Source of the DNA: a bacterium
Lineage (GTDB): Bacteria > Patescibacteriota > Patescibacteriia > UBA9570
Length of the DNA stretch: 64,000 nt
Direction: 5' to 3'
Assembly: GCA_030698395.1 (NCBI GenBank)
Contig: JAUYKW010000026.1
Coordinates: 12,797-76,796 of the forward strand
In this document: piece by piece, positions 1 to 8,613 of the stretch
Position numbering within the stretch: the first letter of the stretch is position 1
Layout of the letters: each line of letters begins with the position of its first letter
Made by a program: the position numbers and the translations under genes
The notes under the pieces: generated by a model
What the model saw: the letters and a program-made list of their open reading frames with translations, nothing else
Databases searched by the model: none
Told to the model about the DNA's origin: nothing

Positions 1-186
1 GATATTTGGAAATGAAATGCCGTATTGTTTAATGGCTGCTCGAATTCGCTCTCGCGATTCTTGAATCGACGCATCTGGTAATCCTACAATGGTAAATGAA
101 GGAAAACCGGCTGATACATCTACCTGTACCTCTATAGGGTGAGCTGCTAAACCTTGTAACGATGCTGAATATACTTTTGTTAACAT
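1..186 (-). CDS. comM: ComM/YifB Mg-chelatase-like AAA+ ATPase, N-terminal part (runs off window)
   Basis: Manual translation MLTKVYSASLQGLAAHPIEVQVDVSAGFPSFTIVGLPDASIQESRERIRAA, the typical ComM N-terminus. Confidence 0.9.
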   Translation of the reverse strand, partial: MLTKVYSASLQGLAAHPIEVQVDVSAGFPSFTIVGLPDASIQESRERIRAAIKQYGISFPNI

Positions 187-264
187 AAAAAACGCCACCC
201 ATGATTGGTAGCGCTCAAAAATTAGACTAACACTCTTTATCTATACTTGTCTAGTACAAATTTC

Positions 265-588
265 TCACTTTAATAATTCCTCATTCAGTCTGGTTTGAAT
301 CTCGGATAATTTATTCATATTATCATTAGCATGTACCTTATTACGTTTAGAATATCCACATTTTTCACATGTATGTTTGATAATCCAATCTCCATGCTCG
401 AGCTGAATATCTGCAACAAACATTATGCCGCCACATTCTGCTGCACGATCTCCAGGCTTTACATCTACATGCTGAGATGAAAAACACTCAGGACAATGAT
501 TGGTATATCCATCACCTGATACATAAAATCCGCACTTAATACAATTAAAATCTTCTTTACGTCTTTGAAATCGTCTTTCCTTTAACAT
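265..588 (-). CDS. RNHCP-domain zinc-finger protein
   Basis: FNCIKCG..YTNHCPECFSSQHVD..PGDRAAECGG..HTCEKCG pattern. Confidence 0.85.
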   Translation of the reverse strand: MLKERRFQRRKEDFNCIKCGFYVSGDGYTNHCPECFSSQHVDVKPGDRAAECGGIMFVADIQLEHGDWIIKHTCEKCGYSKRNKVHANDNMNKLSEIQTRLNEELLK

Positions 589-1075
589 CTTTTTCTTCTA
601 AAAAAATCTTTATTAACCAAATCCCAATTGCACTAATTATATAAACATCAGCTAAATTAAATACACTCCAAAAAGATATAGAAATAAAATCAACCACCCC
701 CCCATAAATTGCCCGATCAACAAGATTTGCAAATGCTCCTGACAAAATAATTGTTACTACTGCAAACTCAAAATAATTCTTATGCTGCATGGCCTTTACC
801 AACAGAACCATCAATATAATTACCACAATAACTATCAAAGAATAATACAAGGGTGGAAACAAAGGTAGGCTCAATGCCATGTTCGTATTCAAATGCAATT
901 TTAAAAATAAAATATCAGAAATAATATCAAACTGTTCATCTGGATGCATGACAAAATACCACTTAGTAACTCTATCTAATAAAAATAGTCCAAGAGCAAA
1001 TGATAGTGTACCTGCCAATTTTGTTATAACAAAATTCCCACCATGAACAGAGGATGTTTGTGACTTTTTTTCCAT
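557..1075 (-). CDS. lspA: Signal peptidase II
   Basis: DRVTK, NxNMA, GAFANLVDR, VVDFI and FNLAD motifs; hydrophobic. Confidence 0.92.
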   Translation of the reverse strand: MEKKSQTSSVHGGNFVITKLAGTLSFALGLFLLDRVTKWYFVMHPDEQFDIISDILFLKLHLNTNMALSLPLFPPLYYSLIVIVVIILMVLLVKAMQHKNYFEFAVVTIILSGAFANLVDRAIYGGVVDFISISFWSVFNLADVYIISAIGIWLIKIFLEEKDVKGKTISKT

Positions 1076-1082
1076 GTTTACT

Positions 1083-1454
1083 TTACGGTTTTGGAATAGC
1101 AGTTTCTGCTGCTGGATTTACTTGCAAACGTTCTACAGAAATTGGCTCGCCTGTTTTAATATCCATACCATATGTACCATCCTCTATTCGTTCTAAAGCA
1201 GCTTCAACTTTTTTAAGATAATCTTCTAACTGACCTGTAATTGATACATTAACTTCGTATGCTTGAACTTCATCTGGCGAGTCTGATCCAGCATCTAAAT
1301 AGTTATCATCACCAAAGTTTGGAAACTTTGCTGCCCATTCACCTGGTACATGATCACCGATGTCTTTATCCGCAACCGAAGATAGTTCTTTTTCGATCTC
1401 TACTTTAAGATCTGAAAGTTTATTTTTAAATTCGTCTAATTGTACTTGTTCCAT
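1083..1454 (-). CDS. DksA/TraR-family protein lacking the C4 cysteines
   Basis: ALERIEDGTYG...GEPISVERL..P motif. Confidence 0.75.
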   Translation of the reverse strand: MEQVQLDEFKNKLSDLKVEIEKELSSVADKDIGDHVPGEWAAKFPNFGDDNYLDAGSDSPDEVQAYEVNVSITGQLEDYLKKVEAALERIEDGTYGMDIKTGEPISVERLQVNPAAETAIPKP

Positions 1455-1498
1455 GTTTATACTATATATAATAAAAATTGTTTTATCTAGTAGGAAGA

Positions 1499-1723
1499 CT
1501 ACTCTTTGGCAGTTGCATCCACCTCAGCTTGCTCTGCACCAGCTTTTCGTTCTGCATCACGTAATGCTCTAGCTGCTGCTATAGCATCTCGAATGTCACC
1601 TTCTCGAGCACGTTGTCCAGCATCACCTTGTGGCACATCCTCATGTTTTTTTTCTTCATCCACTTCTAAATCAAAGTCATTATCTGATTGAATATTAATA
1701 TTTTGATTATTTTGAAAATTCAT
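1499..1723 (-). CDS. Small acidic hypothetical protein (74 aa)
   Basis: ORF from ATG at 1723 (MNFQNNQ...); longer ORF-track start runs into the structured region. Confidence 0.55.
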   Translation of the reverse strand: MNFQNNQNINIQSDNDFDLEVDEEKKHEDVPQGDAGQRAREGDIRDAIAAARALRDAERKAGAEQAEVDATAKE

Positions 1724-1727
1724 ATTT

Positions 1728-2163
1728 ACCCCTAAAAAACACTTAGGGGTGTCCCCCCTGATTACTATGGCCACAAAGGACCAGTTTTTTTGTAATAGTG
1801 CGAAACACCCCGATATCTTCAAGTTAACCTTGTTTAATCCCTTTTACAAGGGATCAAGCAATGGATTTCCGCTTGAAGACGATTGGAAGTGCAACGTACC
1901 CACGTAAGCCGATGTCCGTAGGATACTCCCGCAAATGGGGACCCTCTAGTATGCCGCTGCCCCTCGATTTCACCTAGAGTGAAATATAATTGAGGGCTGG
2001 CGGAAAAATACATTTTTGTTTTTGTTTTAGTACGGCTTGCATACCAGAGAAATGATTATTTCCAAGTTGTAATACAGTTAGAAACAATGAGCTCTCTGTT
2101 ATTCGTACTGGTACGAAGCATTTAAGTTTTAAAGAACGACTTGTTTCTTCATTCGTTACTGTA
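1728..2163 (-). ncRNA. Candidate structured ncRNA or long leader, family unassigned
   Basis: ORF-poor, GC-enriched, multiple hairpins, downstream of a strong promoter and a boxA-like site. Confidence 0.5.
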
Positions 2164-2169
2164 GATTAA

Positions 2170-2198
2170 AGTATAGCATGATTTTTGTCTATGGTCAA
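2170..2198 (-). promoter_or_regulatory. Sigma70 promoter TTGACC-N17-TATACT with extended -10 TG
   Basis: ggtcaa 2193-2198 and agtata 2170-2175 on the + strand. Confidence 0.75.
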
Positions 2199-2205
2199 CT
2201 ATATA

Positions 2206-2241
2206 GATATAAAAATAGCTAACATTAGCTATTTTTATATC
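2206..2241. terminator. 17-bp perfect inverted repeat, likely terminator downstream of gmk
   Basis: GATATAAAAATAGCTAA-ca-TTAGCTATTTTTATATC. Confidence 0.55.
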
Positions 2242-2251
2242 CTTGACAACA

Positions 2252-2312
2252 CTATCAACAGGTTAATCCACAATGTTTTTATCCAATAAACTTATCCACA
2301 ATCTGTGCATAA
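2252..2312. promoter_or_regulatory. DnaA-box cluster
   Basis: TTATCCACA 2292-2300 (perfect); TGTGCATAA 2304-2312, TAATCCACA 2264-2272 and CTATCAACA 2252-2260 (near matches). Confidence 0.55.
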
Positions 2313-2326
2313 GTCATGTTATAGTT

Positions 2327-2893
2327 TTAAGATTGCTTTTTTATGATGTCCACTACCTCAGTTGCAGCGTCGTCTAGCTTTCCTTCCTCATTTACGACTA
2401 AATAATCCCAATCCAAGAGGTTTTTTAGCTCTTTTTCGGCTGTATTAAGCCTTTGTTTTATTACTTCTTTAGAGTCTGTCTCTCTATTAATCAATCTTTT
2501 CTCCAAATACTCATAAGAGGATGGCATGATAAATATAGTTTTTGCTTCTGGTAACATCTTTTTATATGATCTTGCACCCTGCGGATCTACTTTCACTATT
2601 ACTACATCGTGATCTGTTAGCTTCTGTTCCACCTCATCTTTTGTACAACCATAGAGATTTCCATAAACTTCGGCCCATTCAATCATTTTACCGTCATCAA
2701 TTAACTCTCTAAAGGATTCTTGATCGATAAAATAATAAGGAATACCTTCTGATTCATCTAATCGCATAGGCCTCGTACTAGTAGTAATAACCTGACTAAA
2801 AACTAAGCCTTGTTCTCTTACTTCATTAATCACAGAATCCTTACCTGCTCCAGATGGCCCTGTGACTACAAATAATTTACCTTTATTAGCCAT
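2327..2893 (-). CDS. gmk: Guanylate kinase
   Basis: GPSGAGKDS P-loop, TTSTRPMR, EWAEVYGNLYG. Confidence 0.95.
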   Translation of the reverse strand: MANKGKLFVVTGPSGAGKDSVINEVREQGLVFSQVITTSTRPMRLDESEGIPYYFIDQESFRELIDDGKMIEWAEVYGNLYGCTKDEVEQKLTDHDVVIVKVDPQGARSYKKMLPEAKTIFIMPSSYEYLEKRLINRETDSKEVIKQRLNTAEKELKNLLDWDYLVVNEEGKLDDAATEVVDIIKKQS

Positions 2894-2912
2894 AGTTTTG
2901 AGTATTTTAAGC

Positions 2913-5063
2913 TTATTTACCTAATAAAGCCTTACGTGATAGAGAAATTCTACCAGTTCTAGAATCTACTTCTAATACTTTAACTTCAATAACTTCTCCC
3001 TCTTTAACTACATCCGATACTTTATTAATTCTTTCCTGAGCTATTTCTGATATGTGAACCATACCATCTTGATTTGGTGTTAACTGTACAATTGCACCAA
3101 TTTCCTTTTCTACATTGTTTCTATCAGTAATAATCTTTAAAATCTTACCTTTATAAACTTCACCAGGCTGGATTTCTTTTACAATTCCTTCAATAATTTC
3201 TAGTGCTTCAGCTAAGGCAACGTTATCTTTGGTTGTAACGTATACAAGACCAGTCTCTTCAATGTCAATTTCCACGCCAGTTTTCTCAATAATACCATTG
3301 ATAACTTTTCCACCGGGACCAATAAGTTCACCAATTTTCAATGGATTAATTTGAATAGTCTTAATTTTTGGTGCATATTCTGATAATTCTGCACGCGGTT
3401 CTGGAATAACAGCTGTCATTTTCTCTAATAGCTCTAATCTAGCAGTTTTTGCCTTTTCCAGAGTATCACGTACCATATCTAGAGTTATTCCATCAAGCTT
3501 AATGTCTAATTGTACAGCAGTTACGCCTTCTTTAGTGCCTGCAACTTTAAAATCCATAGATTCTTCATGATCCTCAACATCTTGAATATCAGTAAGAATT
3601 TTATAATCTTCCTTATTACCTTCGCCATTTAGCGCTAATCCCATTGCAATTCCGGCAACTGGGCTTTTAATTGGTACACCAGCATCCATTAAGCATAAAG
3701 TTGAACCACAAATGGAGCCTTGTGATGATGAACCATTAGAAGATAATACATCTGATCGAACTCTAATAGTATATGGAAACTCACTTTTTGCAGGTAATAC
3801 AGGAACTAAAGCTTTTTCAGCTAATGCCCCATGTCCAATTTCACGTCTTCCTGGACCACGCATTGGTCTTGCTTCACCTACAGAAAATGGTGGGAAGCTA
3901 TAATGATGAAAATAATTTCTCTTCTCATCATGTCTCATAGTATCTAGAATCTGCTCATTACTTGGAGAACTTAAAGTAGCAACAGATAAGATCTGTGTAT
4001 CACCACGAGAAAACATACCAGAACCATGTACACGTGGCACTCCGCCAGCTTCTACATTAATTTCTCTAATCTCTTCAATTCCGCGATCATCTACTCGCTT
4101 TCCATCTGCAAAAATACGTTTAATCATTGCCTCTTGAAATAAAAAATCCAAGTGCTTAACAGCAAATTTAGCAGCATCTGCTTGTTCTTCAGTAAATGCT
4201 TCTTTTAATGCTAAATTAGCATTAGACATTCTAATGGCTTGTTCACGTTTATTACCAGGGCCAAATAATTCGCTACCTCTTTCTGCAAAATATTTTACTG
4301 CTGCTTCTTCACCAACTTTCTTCATCTCTAACTGCTCTGCAGTTAGTTCAGGATCGGTCATTACTCTCTTTTCTAGCCCAATTTCACTACCTATTTTATT
4401 AATTAATTCAATTACTGGTTCAATTTCTTTTAAGCCAAATTCAATTGAATTATATACTGCATCTTCACTTGCTTCACTACCATCTGCTTCAAGCATGATA
4501 GTCTCCATATCACGACCAGAAACAAACACATTCAAATCTGCCTCTTTAACTTCCTCTGCTGATGGATTTAATTTCATTTCACCATCCTTTGTGGTAACTA
4601 CACATCCACCCAAAGGTCCTGCCCATGGAATATCAGATACTGTTAAAGCAGCTGATGCACCAATTAAACCAGCAATATCTGGATCACATGAAGGATCATA
4701 AGATAAAACACTAACAGTTACTTGAATATCATTCCGAATTGACGTATTTGTAAATAATGGCCGGATACATCTATCAATTATACGAGCAGATAACATTGCT
4801 TGATCTGATGGTCTACCTTCACGCTTAATAAAACGAGAACCAGAAATTTTTCCGGCTGCAGACATACTTTCTTGAAATTCAACCATTAGAGGGAAATAGT
4901 CGATTTCTCCTCGGACAGATTCTGACATTACAGCTGTAACCAAAACCATGGTATCGCCATACTGGACAGTACATGACCCATTAGTTTGCCCTGCGTATCT
5001 ATTAAACTCAATAGCTAAAGGCTTTCCGCCCCATTCTAACTCGTATTTCTTAATATTTTTCAT
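2913..5063 (-). CDS. pnp: Polyribonucleotide nucleotidyltransferase
   Basis: FPLMVEF, GRREIGHGALAE, SNGSSS, DFKVAGT; KH and S1 domains. Confidence 0.97.
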   Translation of the reverse strand: MKNIKKYELEWGGKPLAIEFNRYAGQTNGSCTVQYGDTMVLVTAVMSESVRGEIDYFPLMVEFQESMSAAGKISGSRFIKREGRPSDQAMLSARIIDRCIRPLFTNTSIRNDIQVTVSVLSYDPSCDPDIAGLIGASAALTVSDIPWAGPLGGCVVTTKDGEMKLNPSAEEVKEADLNVFVSGRDMETIMLEADGSEASEDAVYNSIEFGLKEIEPVIELINKIGSEIGLEKRVMTDPELTAEQLEMKKVGEEAAVKYFAERGSELFGPGNKREQAIRMSNANLALKEAFTEEQADAAKFAVKHLDFLFQEAMIKRIFADGKRVDDRGIEEIREINVEAGGVPRVHGSGMFSRGDTQILSVATLSSPSNEQILDTMRHDEKRNYFHHYSFPPFSVGEARPMRGPGRREIGHGALAEKALVPVLPAKSEFPYTIRVRSDVLSSNGSSSQGSICGSTLCLMDAGVPIKSPVAGIAMGLALNGEGNKEDYKILTDIQDVEDHEESMDFKVAGTKEGVTAVQLDIKLDGITLDMVRDTLEKAKTARLELLEKMTAVIPEPRAELSEYAPKIKTIQINPLKIGELIGPGGKVINGIIEKTGVEIDIEETGLVYVTTKDNVALAEALEIIEGIVKEIQPGEVYKGKILKIITDRNNVEKEIGAIVQLTPNQDGMVHISEIAQERINKVSDVVKEGEVIEVKVLEVDSRTGRISLSRKALLGK

Positions 5064-5072
5064 AATATGTTG

Positions 5073-5131
5073 GCCTTACCGAGAGACTGTAGACTCCCTA
5101 AATGGAGAATCTAGATGTCTTTAGGTAAGGC
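5073..5131 (-). promoter_or_regulatory. Long pnp 5' leader hairpin (putative RNase III autoregulation site)
   Basis: GCCTTACC...GGTAAGGC arms with inner paired segments, ending 10 nt upstream of the pnp ATG. Confidence 0.6.
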
Positions 5132-5147
5132 ATTTAATTAATTGTTC

Positions 5148-5798
5148 TTAATTACTTATTTTTATATATTGATCTAAACTTTCCAGAAAATCATCTGAGC
5201 CTCGGAAATCGTACAAATAATCGTCTGAAATTACTTGAACCACTGATATTTCTGAACCATCCTTTGCACTTGCTATGGTTAATCTTTCAGCAACTTGATT
5301 ACCTACACTAATTGTTTCTCTATCTAGTACATCAGTTTCATTAAGAGAAATACCCTCATAACTACTAGGCATTACGCTTAAAGTATTCTCTGGTTCAAAT
5401 GTATATGTAGTTATCTCATCGTATTTAGCAGTAGTAGCAGGCACTAAGACTTCTAGGTTGAATTCTGTTAAATCTATTCCTGCTCCGCCTGTAGCAGTGA
5501 TATCGCTAACATCCTCTGCAAGTGTTTCATCTTGATTCTCTGCTTTATCTAAACTATCAGAATCATCTGTTTCTGAATCTGCTTCATTATTAATATTTGT
5601 ATCAACTGAATCTACCTCAGTATCAGAATCATCTGTGACAAATTCTTCGTCATTGGAATTGTTTGAATCTAGATAATTTTCTTCCTGCTTAAAATCAGTT
5701 GATTTTTGAGAAACCACAGTAACTGCAATGATTACAATCAATCCAGCGACGATAACGAATATTCCAAAAATTGTACCTTTTTGCTTTCGCTTAGACAC
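5148..5798 (-). CDS. Membrane-anchored acidic hypothetical protein
   Basis: N-terminal TM helix followed by a D/E/N-rich linker. Confidence 0.7.
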   Translation of the reverse strand: MSKRKQKGTIFGIFVIVAGLIVIIAVTVVSQKSTDFKQEENYLDSNNSNDEEFVTDDSDTEVDSVDTNINNEADSETDDSDSLDKAENQDETLAEDVSDITATGGAGIDLTEFNLEVLVPATTAKYDEITTYTFEPENTLSVMPSSYEGISLNETDVLDRETISVGNQVAERLTIASAKDGSEISVVQVISDDYLYDFRGSDDFLESLDQYIKISN

Positions 5799-6063
5799 TA
5801 TCCTTTAATTTAAGGGCTTTAATCAAAGTTTCGTAAGATCCTTTATCTTCCTTTTTTAAATATCTCATTAATCTACGACGTAAACCAACTTTCTTCAACA
5901 AACCACGCCGAGAAGAAAAATCCTTTTTATGTTGTTTTAAATGCCCAGTAAGATCCTCGATTTCGTATGTAAGTAACGCGATCTGTACCTGAGAAGATCC
6001 AGTATCACCTTCTTTGATGGCGTATTTCTGGATAATTTTGTTCTTTTGTTCTTTTGATATCAT
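5791..6063 (-). CDS. rpsO: 30S ribosomal protein S15
   Basis: GDTGSSQVQIALLT, HKKDFSSRRGLLKKVG; start moved to the ATG at 6063. Confidence 0.97.
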   Translation of the reverse strand: MISKEQKNKIIQKYAIKEGDTGSSQVQIALLTYEIEDLTGHLKQHKKDFSSRRGLLKKVGLRRRLMRYLKKEDKGSYETLIKALKLKDSV

Positions 6064-6162
6064 ATTGCTTCTACTGATCATAGCGATTATTCCGAGAAGT
6101 CGTTAGTTTTACGTAACGAAATCAACCAAGAATATCGACAGCTAATTAATTTTGTAGGCGTG

Positions 6163-6191
6163 AGTATACCAACCGAACCACAAAAGGTCAA
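6163..6191 (-). promoter_or_regulatory. rpsO promoter TTGACC-N17-TATACT
   Basis: ggtcaa 6186-6191, agtata 6163-6168. Confidence 0.7.
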
Positions 6192-6223
6192 GTGATCAAA
6201 ACAAGTTAAATTTCCTCACTAAT

Positions 6224-6790
6224 TTATTTCTTTGGAGACCTGCCAACTGGCCGAGGCTGGGCTCTTTTTTGCTGAACTCGAGGTTTTTGAGGTCGAGCAG
6301 TGCCAATTAATATATTGTCCTTTAATTCTGCTAAATCAATGAACTGGTCCGCTTCTTCTCGTAATTGAATTGATGAAGATGGTCCAAACGCTACTGCTTC
6401 AGCTCTGCAACCTAAAGATTTTACATGTTCCAATAAAGGAGCAAAATCACCATCACCCGAAACTACTGAAATTACATCTAACTTATCTGCCAACCGCATT
6501 ACATCCATCGCGATGCCAACATCCCAATCACCCTTCTTGTTGCCGTCGTAGAACGTTTGTAATTCTTTTGCCCTAACTTCTAAGCCCCTCTTCTTTAATG
6601 AATCAAAAAAAGATTGTTCTGCACTATGTTCTGCTCTTATAACATAAGCAATGGCTCGTACTAAGGTTCTATCACCCACTGCTACTTCCAATACTTTGCC
6701 AAAATCAACTTTCTGGTTATACAAAGCCTTGGCTGAATAATATAAGTTTTGAATGTCGATAAATACACCGACTCTTTGTTGAATATTCAT
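6224..6790 (-). CDS. NYN-domain (LabA/DUF88) protein
   Basis: VFIDIQNL, KGDWDVGIAMD, SGDGDFAPL, ADQFIDL. Confidence 0.9.
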   Translation of the reverse strand: MNIQQRVGVFIDIQNLYYSAKALYNQKVDFGKVLEVAVGDRTLVRAIAYVIRAEHSAEQSFFDSLKKRGLEVRAKELQTFYDGNKKGDWDVGIAMDVMRLADKLDVISVVSGDGDFAPLLEHVKSLGCRAEAVAFGPSSSIQLREEADQFIDLAELKDNILIGTARPQKPRVQQKRAQPRPVGRSPKK

Positions 6791-6968
6791 ATAATGATTA
6801 TAGCATAGTTATTAATTGTATCCGCATTCTAACCATTGACAAAACTGGTTTTTTAGTGTATGCTTCTTGCGCGTTAGTAGAGAAAGCTGCCATCCCGGTA
6901 GTAGTTCCTACCCAAGGAACTTGCTCTCTCCCCGAGAGTTTTTCTTCGAACCGCAGAAGGAAACACTG

Positions 6969-7238
6969 ATGCTGAAGTTGAATATGCTGTTCCGGAAGCT
7001 GATGGGCGCTGTGGCTTTTATCGGGTTCTTCCTGGTCGCCACCCTGGCGCCGGATGTCCCGGGTCACGAGATGTCCACTCTCGCCATGATCGTCGCCTAT
7101 GCGACTGGTCTGGCGATGATCATCATCCCCTTCGTCCTGAACTACTTCCTCGGCTGGGGATGGTTCGACGAGATGGAGAGCGACGACGAGATCGACACAA
7201 GGGAAGATCTCGAAACGAACGAGACCTGGTCGAAGTAG
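6969..7238 (+). CDS. GC-rich islet 1: small 2-TM membrane protein with acidic tail
   Basis: Promoter TTGACA(6836)-N17-TATGCT, SD AAGGA 7 nt before the ATG at 6969, GC-rich codons. Confidence 0.65.
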   Translation: MLKLNMLFRKLMGAVAFIGFFLVATLAPDVPGHEMSTLAMIVAYATGLAMIIIPFVLNYFLGWGWFDEMESDDEIDTREDLETNETWSK

Positions 7239-7360
7239 ACCGAACCCCCGTCCGAAAGGGCTGCCGCCTCTGGAGATCGCGCGATGCGATCGTTTGTACA
7301 GAGGCGGCGGCTACCCAACTTTTATATATTCCGATTCCCAATTTGGGAATTTTTTTATTT

Positions 7361-7676
7361 TCAATTTCGTGGATTGTTATAAATATATTTTCTTATTCTT
7401 TTTAATTCATATTCATTCCGAATTATTCTGTCATGAAAACGTGGTTGCCATGCGAAATGATTCCAATTATTTTTATTACCCCATCTTGTAACTGCAGATT
7501 TATATGATCGAACAATTGTTGATATGGAATTTGATTTTGGTGAAACATTAGAATAAAAATTTTATTTGTTACAGAATCGTTTCGTTTTTGGGTAGAGACG
7601 TTGCATGCAACGTCTCTACGACGATCATTAATCACAATGATCCCGTGTACATGATTTGGCATTATCACAAATGCTC
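7361..7676 (-). pseudogene. REP-associated tyrosine transposase (RAYT, Y1 HUH) remnant, 5'-truncated and frameshifted
   Basis: FVIMPNHVHGII in one frame; SISTIVRSYKSAVTR...WQPRFHDRIIRNEYELKRIRKYIYNNPRN* in another. Confidence 0.85.
7592..7619. repeat. GTAG-type REP palindrome inside the RAYT remnant
   Basis: GTAGAGACGTTGCATGCAACGTCTCTAC. Confidence 0.85.
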
Positions 7677-7852
7677 ATTAATTAATATATCAAAAAATAC
7701 ATTTTATACAAAAAACCGCTCATTATAATATGAAGCGATCTTTCAAAAAAATTCTGGAGGAAGCCCATGTGTATGTCATGCTGGGAATGAACCCACACGA
7801 TCATGTTCACACGAGCAATCCTCGTTACTGGTTCACTACCGCGGCTGCGACT

Positions 7853-8029
7853 CTACCAGAGGTACGTATTCTCAGTCCGAGACCGATCTTCTGCGTCAGG
7901 ATCATTCTCTTTCGCGTAATCGTCTGCCCAGTCCTGAGCCACAGCACCCAAGACCTTCGCGAAGAAAATCATGGTACCCAGGGACGCAACGCTAGCGCCA
8001 ACTTGCGCCAGCAACACAACAACAGTCAT
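7853..8029 (-). CDS. GC-rich islet 2: 58-aa single-TM protein with acidic tail
   Basis: SD GGAG 6 nt before the ATG at 8029; promoter TTGACA(8133-8128)-N16-TAAAAT. Confidence 0.5.
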   Translation of the reverse strand: MTVVVLLAQVGASVASLGTMIFFAKVLGAVAQDWADDYAKENDPDAEDRSRTENTYLW

Positions 8030-8365
8030 CTTCAGCTCCACAATACGCAGGTTCTGGAAGGAACTGCGGTAGGATTAACGAGGATTGGCTATGTAGCCAA
8101 AAAAAATTTTACTATATTAATAATATTTGTCAATAGTATTTTTTAGATAAAAATAAAAAACGACCGGTTCTGATTTCAGCAATGGTCGTGAAAGCTACAA
8201 ATTCAGTTGTTAAGTTTATGGGTACCTGTGACATTCAAAATGATTATCACAGGCGTTCCTCCTTGCAGCGTCAACCGCCAGAACGAACTAGCCCGTGGTG
8301 CATCAGTTTGAAGCCGAAATAAATCGAGCTCCTAACATCATTACACCACGAGCATCGTCCCAGCT

Positions 8366-8512
8366 TTACTCCTTCGGCTTCAGTCGATTTTCTTCGTACA
8401 CCGGATCGGTCCGGGCCCGATACATCATGAATGCTGCCAGACCGAGCGAGCCACCGATGAAAACGGTAATCAGGAGCAGAGTTAACAGGGGCGAGTTCTC
8501 GATGAATGTCAT
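8366..8512 (-). CDS. GC-rich islet 3: 48-aa single-TM protein
   Basis: GGAGG 6 nt before the ATG at 8512 (MTFIENSPLLTLLLITVFIGG...); promoter TTTACA-N17-TAAGGT at 8577-8549. Confidence 0.55.
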   Translation of the reverse strand: MTFIENSPLLTLLLITVFIGGSLGLAAFMMYRARTDPVYEENRLKPKE

Positions 8513-8613
8513 AACAGTCCTCCATAGACAGATATTATCGAGATGCACACCTTATTAAATAATCCGCTATCTGTAAAGTTCACAAGAATCATGAAGTGTC
8601 GTACAATAGTTAT

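Noticed and set aside
1728-2163. RNase P RNA or tmRNA
   Set aside because: No GAGGAAAGTCC core and no tRNA-like T-arm/CCA end found; the CGGCTTA match is internal.
2206-2326. oriC
   Set aside because: No dnaA/dnaN nearby and no visible strand-composition switch by eye; kept only as a DnaA-box cluster.
7361-7363. UGA recoding (genetic code 25 or 4) suggested by NPRN-TGA in the RAYT remnant
   Set aside because: All long housekeeping ORFs translate intact with the standard code and several end in TGA; this is a nonsense mutation in a pseudogene.
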